In this document: positions 39,619-52,640 of the stretch, one piece after another | Layout: the number at the start of each line of letters is the position of its first letter | Numbering within the stretch: position 1 is the first letter of the stretch | DNA from: Macrostomum lignano | Taxonomy: Eukaryota | Direction: 5' to 3' | Assembly (NCBI GenBank): GCA_002269645.1 | Contig: NIVC01000363.1 | Location: forward strand, 434,001 to 498,000 | Length of the DNA: 64,000 bases | Position numbers and translations under genes: made by a program | The notes under the pieces: generated by a model | What the model saw: only the letters and a program-made list of their open reading frames with translations | Told to the model about the DNA's origin: nothing | Database searches by the model: none

Positions 39619-40471
39619 CGAAAAAACGGATCGATGAATTGCTTGTAGCTGGAAAAAAAATATAGTAATTAAATTGCCTAAAAATCCACCCATGACCAGT
39701 TAAAAATGGTCTTTATCAACAACCTCTGATTGAAAATTATCACAATTACGAAAGGTTTTAAAACTTGAGCGTTCTCTATGTTTAATTCTTTTGTATGTTT
39801 TTGCAGTGCATTTTATATTAGTGTCTTAAATGTAACAATTTTTGTTTAAACACCTTATGTGTACAGTCGATGACAAATTTGACTTGGGATTGAGGTTGAG
39901 TTTACAGCTGTGGAATAGTCAGGCAGGTCAGGCAAGGAAACGGTTAGTTTTGGTCTCCGTTGTGTGTGAGAACGAGAAATCGATTATTGTACCAACATTT
40001 GTTCGGCACCTTTGATTTGGACACAAGACACGCAAACAAATCTTTGAGTAAGTTCAACGGTTGCTTAAACTAACTATTTCTGCATTTTTTAATACTGTCG
40101 AATATACTTTCCGTTACGGTACGATTATTTGCTCTTTGTCTTCACATCTCTGTCTTGCGTGCTGAATACGTATGAAATTTCCGTTTTTAGTGTAAAAACT
40201 TTGTGTTTAGTAATTCATTCTGGCCATAGGCTAAGCTGAAAAATGAAATAATAATATTTTTAATTAGTAATTCAGAACACTATTTTTATTCATACCAAAT
40301 CTTTTAAAACAGTTGGGCTACCTTTTGGTCATTAAATTATTCTATACTTGTTTTTACTCTGTAATGATTGCTTTATTCCTAGCTGTTTTTAAGCAATAGT
40401 AAACTTTTAATAAGCAAGGAATAACATTATATATTTAATTGATTTGATTTATAATCTTCTTTGTTTCAGAA

Positions 40472-43400
40472 ATGACAACTCTAGTTGAGGCAATACAGCA
40501 CAAGTTTGATATGCTTACTGACCCATCCAGTTGTGACATGCAGCATGTTACCTTATATGGTTCTCCTTCAGGTAAAAATAAAAATCAATAATGTTAATTA
40601 TAAAAGAAATCAAATGTTTTTGATTAAGAACTCTATGCTTTTGATGGATAATTTTAATAGTTTAATCAAATGCCAACAATTTTTTATTAACTAGCTTGGC
40701 GGAAGCAGTTTTTTACTGGTAATTATTCTATTATTTTAATGTTTGTATACTTTGTTAAAATTTGACTGTTTTATTATTGCCTAAAAATGTGATTAAGTTA
40801 TTGTTAATTTTTGCTTTTTATTGGCAAAATTATTAGTAAATGTTTTTATGCATCTTGACTTTGTAGTAAATTTCTACTTTTTTTAGCCTCTGGAGAACTA
40901 CAGCTCCCACATGTACTGGTGATGGACAATAGCAATGTAACTCACCTAGGAGACATTGAAAAACTGGCCAAAATGTGTGGCCACATTGTGGAACTCGACT
41001 TAGCTAACAATTCTTTAGCCAATTGGTCTGACCTGTTACAACTGTTAAATCGATTGCCACAACTGAGACTGCTCAATTTAAGCATTAATCCTATGCTTGG
41101 ACCAAAGTCTGATTCAGTCACACATGAAGAGAAGACTGATGCACCAGAGAAACCACTGAAGGTGGGTTTTTTTTAATTTGACAAGTAAATTATATGGATA
41201 AAGGAGATGGAAAGGGTAGCCAAGAAAAGCAGTTAAGGGGTGAATGCGAGAGTTTAAGAGTAGATAGGAGAGTCAAGGAGTAGATAGAAGAGTTAAGGGG
41301 TAGACAGAATAGTTAAGGAGTAGATAGGAAAGGTAAGGAGTAGATAGAAAAGTCAAGGAGTAGATAGGCGAGTTAAGGAGTATATACAAGTGTCAAGGAG
41401 TAGATAGGATAGTTAAGGAGTAGATAGAAGAGTCAAGGAGTAGATAGAAGAGTTAAGGAGTAGATAGGAGAGTTAAGGAGTAGATAGGAGAGTTAAGGAG
41501 TAGATAGAAGAGTTAAGGAGTAGATAGAAGAGTCAATGAGTAGATAGAAGAGTCAAGGAGTAGATAGAAGAGTCAATGAGTAGATAGAAGAGTCAAGGAG
41601 TAGATAGAAGAGTTAAGGAGTAGATAGAAGAGTCAAGGAGTAGATAGAAGAGTCAAGGAGTAGATAGAAGAGTCAATGAGTAGATAGAAGATAAGAAGAG
41701 TCAAGGAGTAGATAGAAGAGTTAATGAGTAGATAGAAGAGTCAATGAGTAGATAGAAGAGTCAATGAGTAGATAGAAGATAAGAAGAGTCAAGGAGTAGA
41801 TAGAAGAGTCAATGAGTAGATAGAAGAGTCAAGGAGTAGATAGAAGAGTTAAGGAGTAGATAGAAGAGTCAAGGAGTAGATAGAAGAGTCAATGAGTAGA
41901 TAGAAGATAAGAAGAGTCAAGGAGTAGATAGAAGAGTCAAGGAGTAGATAGAAGATAAGAAGAGTCAAGGAGTAGATAGAAGAGTCAATGAGTAGATAGA
42001 AGATAAGAAGAGTCAAGGAGTAGATAGAAGAGTCAATGAGTAGATAGAAGAGTCAAGGAGTAGATAGAAGAGTCAATGAGTAGATAGACGAGTTAAGGAG
42101 TAGATAGAAGAGTCAATGAGTAGATAGACGAGTTAAGGAGTAGATAGAAGAGTCAATGAGTAGATAGAAGAGTCAAGGAGTAGATAGAAGAGTCAATGAG
42201 TAGATAGAAGATAAGAAGAGTCAAGGAGTAGATAGAAGAGTCAATGAGTAGATAGGCGAGTCAAGGAGTAGATAGGCGAGTCAAGGAGTAGATAGGCGAG
42301 TCAAGGAGTAGATAGAAGAGTCAATGAGTAGATAGGCGAGTCAAGGAGTAGATAGGCGAGTCAAGGAGTAGATAGGCGAGTCAAGGAGTAGATAGGCGAG
42401 TCAAGGAGTAGATAGAAGAGTCAATGAGTAGATAGGCGAGTCAAGGAGTAGATAGGCGAGTCAAGGAGTAGATAGAAGAGTTAAGGAGTAGATAGGAGAG
42501 TTAAGGAGTAGATAGGAGAGTTAAGGGATAGATAAGAGATCTAATAGGTAAAGATACAGAAGATATAAGCCATTGCATTCGCTAAACTTGCACATTTTAC
42601 ACGAACACAAAAATCGCATATTTGCTCTCGCAACTGCAGGATTCCGATTGTCATTCCCAATACCTGGTGGCCCAGCCGATGCCTCATCTATCCACTCTGG
42701 CGCTGAACCAGCTGCCCCAGCTCAGCTGGCCAATGCTGGCCGGCCTCCTGTCTTCCGCTCCCAACCTGACGGAACTCTACCTGAGTAACAACGATATGGA
42801 AGCGCCAGATTTTCCCTGCCCTAAAATTGGCGGCTATGCCTCAGTACAGCAGTTGTACTTTAATGGCAATCGGCTGCTGTCGGAGGATTGGACTAAACTA
42901 AGCCAGTGGTTTCCTAAGCTGGAGAAGCTCACATTGATTGGCAACTCGGCTGACAAGTTGCCTAGCAGCGCCGTCTCCTTAGCAACTGAGGAAGGCAGCA
43001 ATAATACGAATAAAGATTCTGTAGTAATACTGCCCCTGCTATGCAATTTAAAATCTTTAAACCTATCGGAGAGCGAGATTGACAGTTGGTCGGAATTGGA
43101 GAAGCTGAATCTGTGTCCAAGCCTGACTGATCTGCGAATCTTGGATATTAAATTGGGAAAGGTATGTATAACATTTATTTATATTAGATATTATTAGCCC
43201 AGTGGTCTGGCGCGGTGCTCTGACGTGCCAGCGGCTCAGGCTCGATTCCAAGTGCAGTCACATTCATTTGGAACTAAATTAGAATCTTGACTTGGGGTCC
43301 TATCTCGAGGACCAACCCCCTAAGGAACAGTGAAGTGTAAATGCCTAGTACACTCATGTGAGAGTATGTGCCTGCTCAGTAATGCCTCTCACCGGTTTTG

Positions 43401-45233
43401 TGACAATGCCGCTTAAAGTGCGCCAGGGTGCACACAAATACGAGCGTAAGAATCTCAAGAATCGATCTTAAGAATCGAGCGTAACTTTTTAATGACTCAA
43501 ACGCGTCTAATGCAACGTAGAGGCGACTGTTGCGTCACAATCGCATCCACATGAGTTGCAGATTCGTGAAAGAGTGTCGCAAAAGAGTCGTCCAAGAATC
43601 TTTGTAGGTCGTATTGGCGCTTAACTTTCGCTAGAGATGTGGCTCTAATTTCACCAAGCGACGCAAATGCGCTTCAACCACAACTTCGACTGTAGTTAGC
43701 CTAGGCGTGTTGAAACGGGGAGAAACGCACAGCATCCCGCCCGCTGCAATAATCTATGGCCAACTTCAATAAGTAAAAAAACACGTATGCATATAAGTAT
43801 CTAGTTAATTGTTTCTACAACTTGTATATTTTAAAAGTAAAGCTTAGTGCTGCTTAATAATTCTTAGGGCCGTATGCAGAAAGCCTAGTCCAGACTAGCT
43901 AGTCCGGGCTTGGGTAGTTCAGTCTATGGTCTATGGTCTAGCTAGCCTAGTTCTGCTATAGAAGACCGGTCTAACTTTGCGTTTCTGCATACCAAATCCA
44001 AGTCTAGACCTTAGTATCAGTTACTATTTTTTCAATTCGCAAAATAAGGAGTTTTGGCCATAGACAATTTTTGGATTTCATTATTTCTTTCTTTGTCTTG
44101 TGTGCTGGTGTGCTAATGTGGGGGCTCCGCCCAACACCCCCGCAAGGGGGCTCAGCCCCACACCCCCGCAAGGGGGCTCAGCGCCCCCTTGACCCCGCTT
44201 TCTTCTGACTTTGCCATAGAAATTTTCAGCGGGCCGTAAAACCGACTGAATGCATTGGAGTAAACGAGATTTTACCTTAGACAGTCTCAGCGGCCCGTGA
44301 AACGCGGTTTCACGCCCGCTAACTATACCACTAATATGAATGGGCCGCATCGGGCAGAAACGAGCTAACACTCCTCGGCGTTATAGCTCATTTCTGCCCT
44401 CTGCAGCCCATCAATATTGGTATACTGTAGTAGGCCTCAAATACGACTCTACGGCCCCAGAGTAGTTTCAAAGTCGCAGACAATAAAATGCTTCAGTGAT
44501 TCTAAGGAAGGCGGCTCTTGGACGACTTGTACTCTCTCGTTGTTTTGGAGTTGTTTAAAGTCAATTCTTTCCTAATTTTACCTGTGTTACCTGCAAGCTG
44601 CAACGAATCTGGGGCGATGCAAATGACTCCCATGTACGGCAGTGCCCAGAGACCCTAAAAACAAACTAACTAACGAACTAAAGTAAACAAAAACTTAAAC
44701 ATGCACTTCCTCTCGTCAATCAGGGCCGACCCAAGAAAGAGTTTCGCGCTGAGGCCATCGCCCGTCTGGCTCATGTGACCCATCTCAACGGTACGGCTGT
44801 CACAGATGAAGAGCGCTCAGCAGCTGAGCGGTCGTTAATCCGAGCTCACACGATCGACTTGGAGATTAAAAACGAACCAACCGATTTGGCGGTAGCAGAA
44901 GCTCCTGATCAATTGGACTCTCTGCTAGCCAAGCACGGCAGATTAAACGAACTGGCTAAAGTTGATTTGCGACCAACCCAGTCTGTCAGTCTGGTGCTGC
45001 GATACGGTAATCAGAGTCGAACCTGCCAGCTAGCCACTAATCAGCTGATTCGCGAGGTTAAGCAGAAAGTTTGCGACCAATTCAACGCGGAGCCGAGTCG
45101 GGTTGGCTTGTACTATATCGATCAGGGCATGGTGGGTGCTATGGGCCCTGAGCTGTTGAATCTGCCTGGCCGAGCCTTTCACAGCTACAGGCCGGAGGAT
45201 GGTGACGAGCTTATCTTGAAGGATTTCAACTGA
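40472..45233 (+). CDS. TBCEL: Tubulin-specific chaperone cofactor E-like protein, 4 exons, ~468 aa
   Basis: Exons 40472-40571, 40887-41161, 42640-43161, 44724-45233 with consistent phases. LRRs (ELDLANNSLANW, LLNLSINP, ELYLSNN, SLNLSESEIDSWSELEKL), IARLAHVTHLNGTAVTDEERSAAER, HGRLNELAKVDLRP and a C-terminal ubiquitin-like domain. No CAP-Gly domain, so TBCEL rather than TBCE. Confidence 0.92.
41255..42540 (+). repeat. Purine-rich 20-bp minisatellite GAGTAGATAGAAGAGTCAAG (TBCEL intron 2)
   Basis: Direct read; 27-bp variants with ATAAGAA insertion. Confidence 0.96.
43195..43380 (+). mobile_element. tRNA-derived SINE in TBCEL intron 3
   Basis: A box TAGCCCAGTGG (43195) and B box GGCTCGATTCC (43239), followed by a non-tRNA body. 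The 3' limit is approximate. Confidence 0.55.
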
Positions 45234-45423
45234 TTGGAGGGTAGATAGAGCCCTTTTAGATGCATTATATCTTTTTTTATTTTTGTCATCCCTTGGCAAC
45301 AAAAGGATGCTGAAGTCGTCAGAGATGATGGAATAGTTTTTTGGGATTTAAATCAACTATTATTATAACTAAACTTGGTTGCTATGCGGAAGTTAATCAA
45401 ATGTTTTTATGGTGAATAACATG

Positions 45424-45790
45424 GTTGCTCTGCATAGCAACCGTATCTATGGCAAATAGCTTGGTCGCTCTGCATAGCAACCGTATCTATGGCAAATAGC
45501 TTGGTCGCTCTGCATAGCAACCGTATCTATGGCAAATAGCTTGGTTGCTCTGCATAGCAACCGTATCTATGGCAAATAGCTTGGTTGCTCTGCATAGCAA
45601 CCGTATCTATGGCAAATGGCTTAGTTGCTCTGCATAGCAACCGTATCTATGGCAAATAGCTTGGTTGCTCTGCATAGCAACCGTATCTATGGCAAATAGC
45701 TTGGTTGCTCTGCATAGCAACCGTATCTATGGCAAATAGCTTGGTTGCTCTGCATAGCAACCGTATCTATGGCAAATGGCTTGGTTGCTA
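45424..45790. repeat. 40-bp tandem repeat (~9 copies) GGTTGCTCTGCATAGCAACCGTATCTATGGCAAATAGCTT
   Basis: Direct read; internal palindrome GGTTGCT...AGCAACC. Confidence 0.96.
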
Positions 45791-46454
45791 TACGGATGTG
45801 ATAAAGCATCGAGTCCTTTTGTTGGAATACGCTAATATTATCCTATTCAGTCGTACCTATGGTACAACCCGGTCTAAGGCCAGGCATTTACAGCTCTTTT
45901 TTTCCAAAAGAAGCCTTATTAAACGTATTCTCTTTCACTGTAGTCTGTCTGTACAGCAGAGCTAGGCGAAAATGCTTTTAAACAAATTCTTTCTAAAGCA
46001 GAAGTCTGAATGTATTTAGGCAAGTTTGATTTGACACGTATTTTCATTTATTCCGATATAATCTGCAATTTCTTTCGAGCTGAGAGCTCCCTAAGAGTAC
46101 ATTTTTATTAGTACTTGATGTCTTTGACTAGACAATTAGCAATCGATAGATAAAGACATTTTATAGAAACGGCGGGTTACAAAATTGTACGCCGCGGTCT
46201 ATTTTATTTTCTTATATTAGGTAGCAATATACTTCTTTATTTTAAGTTATTATATTTCATATTTTGCGTAGGATAACAAGTAGCCTGACTCAATATATTT
46301 CGACAGGAAGTTGTAAAATTGCGCTTTTAGTAGGCGTAGCAGAGTTTTATAAGCTGCAATGAGTTTTTTGAGACTTGATTCATTTATTTGTGTATTTTTA
46401 ATGTGCTTATCTTTTATCCCAGAGTGTAGTTTTTTACGCTTCTAGAAATTTCTT

Positions 46455-46720
46455 CTGTAGGCCTCTTAATCTCCCTTGGTTTTCAGTCTTTGTAGTCCTA
46501 ATATCCTTGGTTTTTAGTCTTTGAAAGCCTCATATCTCCTTTGGTTTTCAGTCTTTGTAGGCCTCTTAATCTCTTTTGGTTTTCAGTCTTTGTAGGCCTC
46601 TTAATCTCTTTTGGTTTTCAGTCTTTGTAGGCCTCTTAATCTCCTTTGGTTTTCAGTCTTTGTAGGCGTCTTAATCTCCCTTGGTTTTCAGTCTTTGTAG
46701 GCGTCTAATCTCCCTTGGTT
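46455..46720. repeat. 35-bp tandem repeat (~7 copies) upstream of ACOX1
   Basis: CAGTCTTTGTAGGCCTCTTAATCTCCCTTGGTTTT. Confidence 0.92.
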
Positions 46721-46836
46721 TAAAGTATCAGTTAAGGTCATTTACGAAGTGTTAAAGAAGAAGACATGCAGCTAAGACATTTATCGAATCGACTTATTTC
46801 TGCAAATAAATTTTCATCTACAATACTAAGCCAAGC

Positions 46837-49800
46837 ATGACTAATCCAGTTGTTCAAAAAGTGAATCCCATGCTGACCGAGGAACGGGCTAAAGCTTCGT
46901 TTCCCGTCGAAGAACTGACCTACATACTCGATGGGGGCAAGTTCAACACTGAGAAGAGGCGAGAGATCGGTGAGTTTTAGATTTTAGAATCCGAAAACTA
47001 CTGCAAGTAGCATTGATGAGTATGTACTAATTTCCGCTAAATTCCGCAGAGGAACTGGTGACCAAGGATCCGAATTTCGAGCATCCCCCAATACAATTCA
47101 TGACCAGGGAACAGCAATATAGTTTGGCCGTGAAAAAGGCTCTGCTAGTTCAGCAAAGGTTAAAAGAGCTCGACATGTTAGACGACCCCTATGCTAGTTA
47201 TTTTTTTCGCAGGTAAGCGAAAGCCTACTCTTATCGATTTTTGCTTCGTTAGCGTTTTGATAAAGATTATTTTTAGTTATTAGACTTTAAGTTTTTTTAT
47301 GCGTCTTGAGTTTGGTTGATTGCAGAACTATAGGAGTCTTGCTGAACTAGTAGTGCTTGAAATACTTGCTAAAACTGACTCATTCTTGTACTTCATCGTC
47401 ATTAAGTCCTTACCCCGTCAAAATGGTGACAAAATTAATGTACGGTTTATAGAGGCTTTACTAGTCTAGCAATTGTTGCATTCACCGTTGCAAAATAGTT
47501 TTCAGTTTGTGTTGTATTTTTGCTTATTATTCCAATTATGCTACTGATAGACAGTCAGTAGCATTCAAAGTAAAATAACACCAGTCTGAAAATCCTAGAT
47601 TGCTTAATTTAAAGTGATTTATATTGACATACGTTCTTTGCTAAAAAGTTAAAATAAAAAGTAATGTTTTCACAGTTTAATTAAATTAATCTTAAAATAT
47701 AGTTGCTTATAAATGCAGCCGATATGTTTCGAAAAATAACTTTACTAATAGTAATTTATTACAGCTAGTTTAAATGCATCTCGAAATGTTTGTAGCCAAT
47801 AATTAGGCGAAAAAATATTTGCCTATAGGCTTAAAAATTAATTACCCAATTTTTGTGTCTTAATAAAGTTTCTTACGCTACATATCGGTAGTATCTAACA
47901 ATTGGCAGAATTGCTATGCCCCGCGAAGTGTCGCCAATCGGGCTGCACTGGGTCATGTTTGTGCCCACTCTGATGGGCCAGTGCAGCGACGAGCAGCGCG
48001 AGCGATGGCTCCAACGAGCTCTCAACTATGAGATTATTGGCACCTACGCGCAGACCGAAATGGGCCATGGCACTTTTCTGCGCGGCATCGAGACTACCGC
48101 CACGTACGATCCGAGCTCGCAGCAGTTCGTGTTGCATTCGCCCACCACTACGTCTATCAAGTGGTGGCCTGGAGGACGTAAGCGGCTTCGCTATATGGGG
48201 TTGGGGTTGGAGATTATAGACTATAGACTATTATTAGATTGGAGACTAGTGGATAAGAGATTGAGATGCAGGGAGAGGAGAGATATGCAGGGTAGGTAAC
48301 GGGAGGCGTAGGGTAGAGTGGAAGAGATAATAGGGTAAAGAGGGAAGATGTAGGATAGAGACGGGAGATGTAAGGTAGAGAGGGGAGATTTAGGGTAGAG
48401 TGGGATAAATCTAGGGTAGAGAGAAGAGATGTAAAGTGGAGAGTAGGGATGTAGGGTACTGGGTAGAGTGGGGATCAAAGGTGGAAAGTGGGGATGCAGC
48501 ATAGAGTGTGATGTAGGGTAGAGTGAGACTGTAGGGTAGAGAGGGGAGATAGATATGGATCTAGAGTGGGAGAGAGTAGGGTAGAGTGGGAGAGATGTAG
48601 GGTAGAGTGGGAGAGATTTAGGGTAGAGTGGGAGAGATTTAGGGTAGAGTGGGAGAGATGTAGGGTAGAGTGGGAGAGATGTAGGGTAGAGTGGGAGAAA
48701 TGTAGGGTAGAGTGGGAGAGATGTAGGTTAGAGTGGGAGAGATGTAGGGTAGAGTGGGAGAGATGTAGGGTAGAGTGGGAAAGATGTAGGGTAGAGTGGG
48801 AGAGATTTAGGGTAGAGTGGGAGAGATTTAGGGTAGAGTGGGAGAGATGTAGGGTACATGGGAGGAGAGATGAAAGGTAAAGTGGGAAAGATGTAGGGTA
48901 GAGTGGGAGAGATGTAGGGTAGAGTGGGAGAGATGTAGGGTAGAGTGGGAGAGATGTAGGGTAGAGTGGGAGAGATGTAGGGTAGAGTGGGAGAGATGTA
49001 GGGTAGAGTGGGAGAGATGTAGGGTAGAGTGGGAGAGATGTAGTGTAGAGTGGGAGAGATGTAGGGTAGAGTGGGAGAGATGTAGGGTAGAGTGGGAAAT
49101 ATAAAGAGTAATAATAACTCGTATTCCTCTACTAAATTGCAGTTGGCAAGACCTGCAACTACGCCGTTGTGGTGGCCCAGCTGCACACCCAGGGCCGGTG
49201 CCACGGTGTCCACATGTTCCTTGTTCAACTGCGCGACGAGTCCACTCATCGCAGCCTTCCAGGCGTCGTCTGCGGGGACATCGGGCCCAAGATGGGCTAC
49301 CACACCATCGACAACGGATTCCTGCAGCTGAACAGCGTCAGAATACCTCGCGAGAATATGCTGATGCGAAATGCCGAAGTTCAACCCGACGGTACCTACA
49401 TCAGACGGGTTAGCAACGAGAAACTCACCTACGGCACTATGGTCTTTGTTCGTTCGCTGATTGTTAGCGACGCCGCTAGAGGCATCTCGGAGGCTGCCAC
49501 GATCGCCGTGCGATACGCTTGCGTTCGAAGGCAGGGCGAACCGTCGAGCCCGGGGGCTCCGGAGCCGCGGCTGCTGGACTATCCGGTGCACCAGTACCGA
49601 CTGCTCACTTGCGTGGCCAACTGCTACGGACTATGGTTTGCTAGCGAAGTGCTCAGGGATTTGTACTTCACCGTGCAGCCCGATGTTCTGGAGGGTCAGT
49701 ATGATGATGATGAAGGATGCTGACCTGACAAGATCCCCTACCAGATCCTCAGTTGCTGGGCCAGCCTCCCAGATCCTCTGTTGCTGTGCCACTGACTCCC

Positions 49801-52488
49801 AGATCCTCAGTTGCTTGGCCACTGACTCCCAGATCCTCTGTTGCTGGACCACTGACTCCCAGATCCTCTGTTGCTGTGCCACTGACTCCCAGATCCTCTG
49901 TTGCTTGGCCACTGACTCCCAGATCGAAAGTTGTTGTACCACTGACTCCCAGATCCTCTGTTGCTGTGCCACTGACTCCCAGATCCAAAGTTGCTGTGCC
50001 ACTGACTCCCAGATCCTCTGTTGCTTGGCCACTGACTCCCAGATCCAAAGTTGCTGTACCACTGACTCCCAGATCCTCTGTTGCTGTGCCACTGACTCCC
50101 AGATCCTCTGTTGCTGTGCCACTGACTCCCAGATCCTCTGTTGCTGGACCAATCAGTCCGATCACAGGTTTGCCGCAGACACACCCGCATACACAAATCC
50201 CTCTCCAGTAATTACATGTAAGAAAATTTCACCCGCAGGCCGGACCGAGCGCCTGCCGGAGACGCACGCCCTCTCGGCTGGTCTCAAAGCCGTGGGCAGC
50301 AACCGCGGCGCTGCCTGCGTGGAAGAATGCCGTCGCTGCTGCGGCGGCTTCGGTTTTAGCGAGGCCAGCGGCCTGCCAAAAATCTACAACGATATCAATC
50401 CGGCCTGCACCTACGAAGGCGAGAACACCGTCATGCTGCTGCAGACCGGCCGGCATCTGCTTAAATGCGTTGAACGGGCTCGTCGTGGCGAACAGCTGGC
50501 CCCTAGCGACGCCTACATCCGCTCGAGGCCGACACCGCAGCCCAAACTGGCTGGCGGCCCGCTTACCGCCGACCTGCTGCTCGGTTGGCTGCGCTGGCGA
50601 TCGCTCAGCATGCTGCTGGAGGTCAGCGGCCGGTTCAACTCCTTCATTGAACAGCGACAGGCTTGGGCGGACGCCTTCCAGGCCGTGTCCCGGCGGCTGA
50701 CTAGGTGAGGGATGGGAGATCAAGGGCACGGGTACGGAATAATCCTGGTTGAAAAATAGTAATAAAATCGCTTATAAAAAGGCTCACTAGCGAGTCAGGA
50801 GATAATCTTCGATTTTTCATAAAAGACTTATTAATAAATCACTCCGGACCAAGCACAGATAAGGGGCGCTTTTCTGTTCAAATCAATGCTCGGTAATGTG
50901 CGTACTCGGTAGACATCCAAGGTCAAAAACTCGCTACAAAAGGTCACTAAAAACTCGGGTAATAAAACCCGCTGCCAATACCGGATTATGTCGCTGTTGC
51001 TTGATAAAGCAAAAACACATTCAATTCAACATTACCGATTGCTTAGTAGTCAGGCAACGTCTTCGTCTCTCTCCGTCCGTGAGGCGCTACTGTGTCAGTC
51101 CTACGTCACTCTCCGCTTCTGTAGCAGTTCTGTAGCCTAGCGAATCAAAGCCTATTAGTAACGACTCCTAGCAAGTTAGAGAAAGTCTACACTGTATTAC
51201 TCTTCCTAGCGCACGATGCAGGGCGGTTTCTAACTCTTGCCGACTTCACTGCCCGTGCAGCCAGTCCGAGATGATGAGGTTCGGAGTTCTTCCGTGAAGA
51301 CGACTCGCATAACTATGCGCACAAACTTACTTATCAGATTTCTATCCTTCGGTTTCGCCAAGTGGCCGTCGTTTTTGGTTTTTAACTTTCTAAGTCCTCC
51401 AATTGCTACTTTCTCACACGAACTTCCGGCAAATCCGCCACCAAAGGTTACCAAAACTTCGTTTTCACACCTCCGCTGCCAGAGACTTTTAAGCTTCTCG
51501 TTGCTCCGAAAATATGCATGACTTGCGTTCATTCCTGTGGGTGCACTGACAGCGACTCTCGATGAAGCTGCGATCGATGAACAGACGAAATCCACGGCCC
51601 ATCCGCAACTGCTCGGTAGTGATACCCATCCCCTATCTTCTTTGCCTTCAGGTACGACACTGGAAGCCTGAGAATGCTGTTAGTGACAAACATCGTCAAG
51701 ATTCATTCCAAAAGCAGATTTGGCCGTGCGTTGATGACGCTTTAAACGGGACTTGTATCAAAACCGTTAAAAAGAGCTAGAGCTTGCGCCAAAGTGCTGA
51801 CAAGGTTCTGTAGTCTCTCGCACTTTTGCGACACAAAAGCAGCAGATTTTGTTGGTCTTGTCCGACTCCAAATGTTTAGAATATATTCTTTTAGAGCTCA
51901 AACACTCGTTATTTTGTTGGTAATCTCAAATTTGACTCGCTTGATAGTCAAAGTGACGGGCGAAGTGACTTCAGGAGTGACAGATGGTGCGATGAGCTGG
52001 CCGTGATGAGTGGTTATTAAATGACCATCTGGATGGCTCATTTGCAACATTAGCATCATCCCCATTTCCGCAGGTGCGCAGAGGCTCACTGCATCCTGTA
52101 CGTTGGTCAGGCCTTCCTAGACTCAGCTAAGGCGGCCGAGAATCCAAAAATTTGCGGTGTCCTCACCTCCCTGTGCCGGCTGTTCCTGCTCAACGAAGTC
52201 GTCTCCGGCGCCGGCGACGTCCAGTTGAGTCGCAGCGATCTGGCCCGCTGCCAGGACGCCATCGACTCGCTTCTGACGGAGCTTCGGCCTAACGCCGTGG
52301 CCTTGGTGGAGGCCTTCGACCTGCCAGATCGCATGCTGTGCTCTGTGATCGGCCGCTACGACGGCCAGGTGTACGAGGCCATGCTGCAGTGGGCCCGCCA
52401 GTCGCCGCTCAATGCCACTGATGTGCACGAGTCCTACGAGCTCTACACTAGACAGTTCCTGGCTGGCAGGAGCCTGGCTAAGCTGTGA
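46837..52488 (+). CDS. ACOX1: Peroxisomal acyl-CoA oxidase 1, 6 exons, ~665 aa
   Basis: Exons 46837-46969, 47050-47212, 47909-48177, 49143-49694, 50239-50704, 52074-52488 with consistent phases (1998 nt). Motifs [64 protein letters not shown]-like [11 protein letters not shown]-terminal PTS1 AKL*. Confidence 0.96.
48280..49100 (+). repeat. G-rich 21-bp minisatellite GGGTAGAGTGGGAGAGATGTA (ACOX1 intron 3)
   Basis: Direct read. Confidence 0.95.
49735..50150. repeat. 30-bp minisatellite ACTGACTCCCAGATCCTCTGTTGCTGTGCC (ACOX1 intron 4)
   Basis: Direct read, ~12 units. Confidence 0.95.
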
Positions 52489-52557
52489 CTTCTGCCGCCT
52501 GTGGGCTCGGACCGACTCAGGACTGATGATTGCTGAGTCACTGCTTGATTGTCGGGA

Positions 52558-52558
<1 letters not shown>

Positions 52559-52640
<82 letters not shown>
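52559..52640. repeat. (CTGT)n microsatellite in the ACOX1 3' region
   Basis: Direct read. Confidence 0.97.

Noticed and set aside
43195-43270. Functional tRNA gene
   Set aside because: A and B boxes are present but I could not form an acceptor stem or full cloverleaf, so it is treated as a SINE head. The same applies at 1-140 and 11019-11085.
49461-50708. 415-aa ORF joining a [10 protein letters not shown] repeat to acyl-CoA oxidase sequence
   Set aside because: Artefact: the 30-bp intron-4 repeat is a multiple of 3 and happens to be open in the exon-5 frame. Canonical splice sites at 49694/50239 restore a normal ACOX1, and the exon-4 frame stops at 49723.
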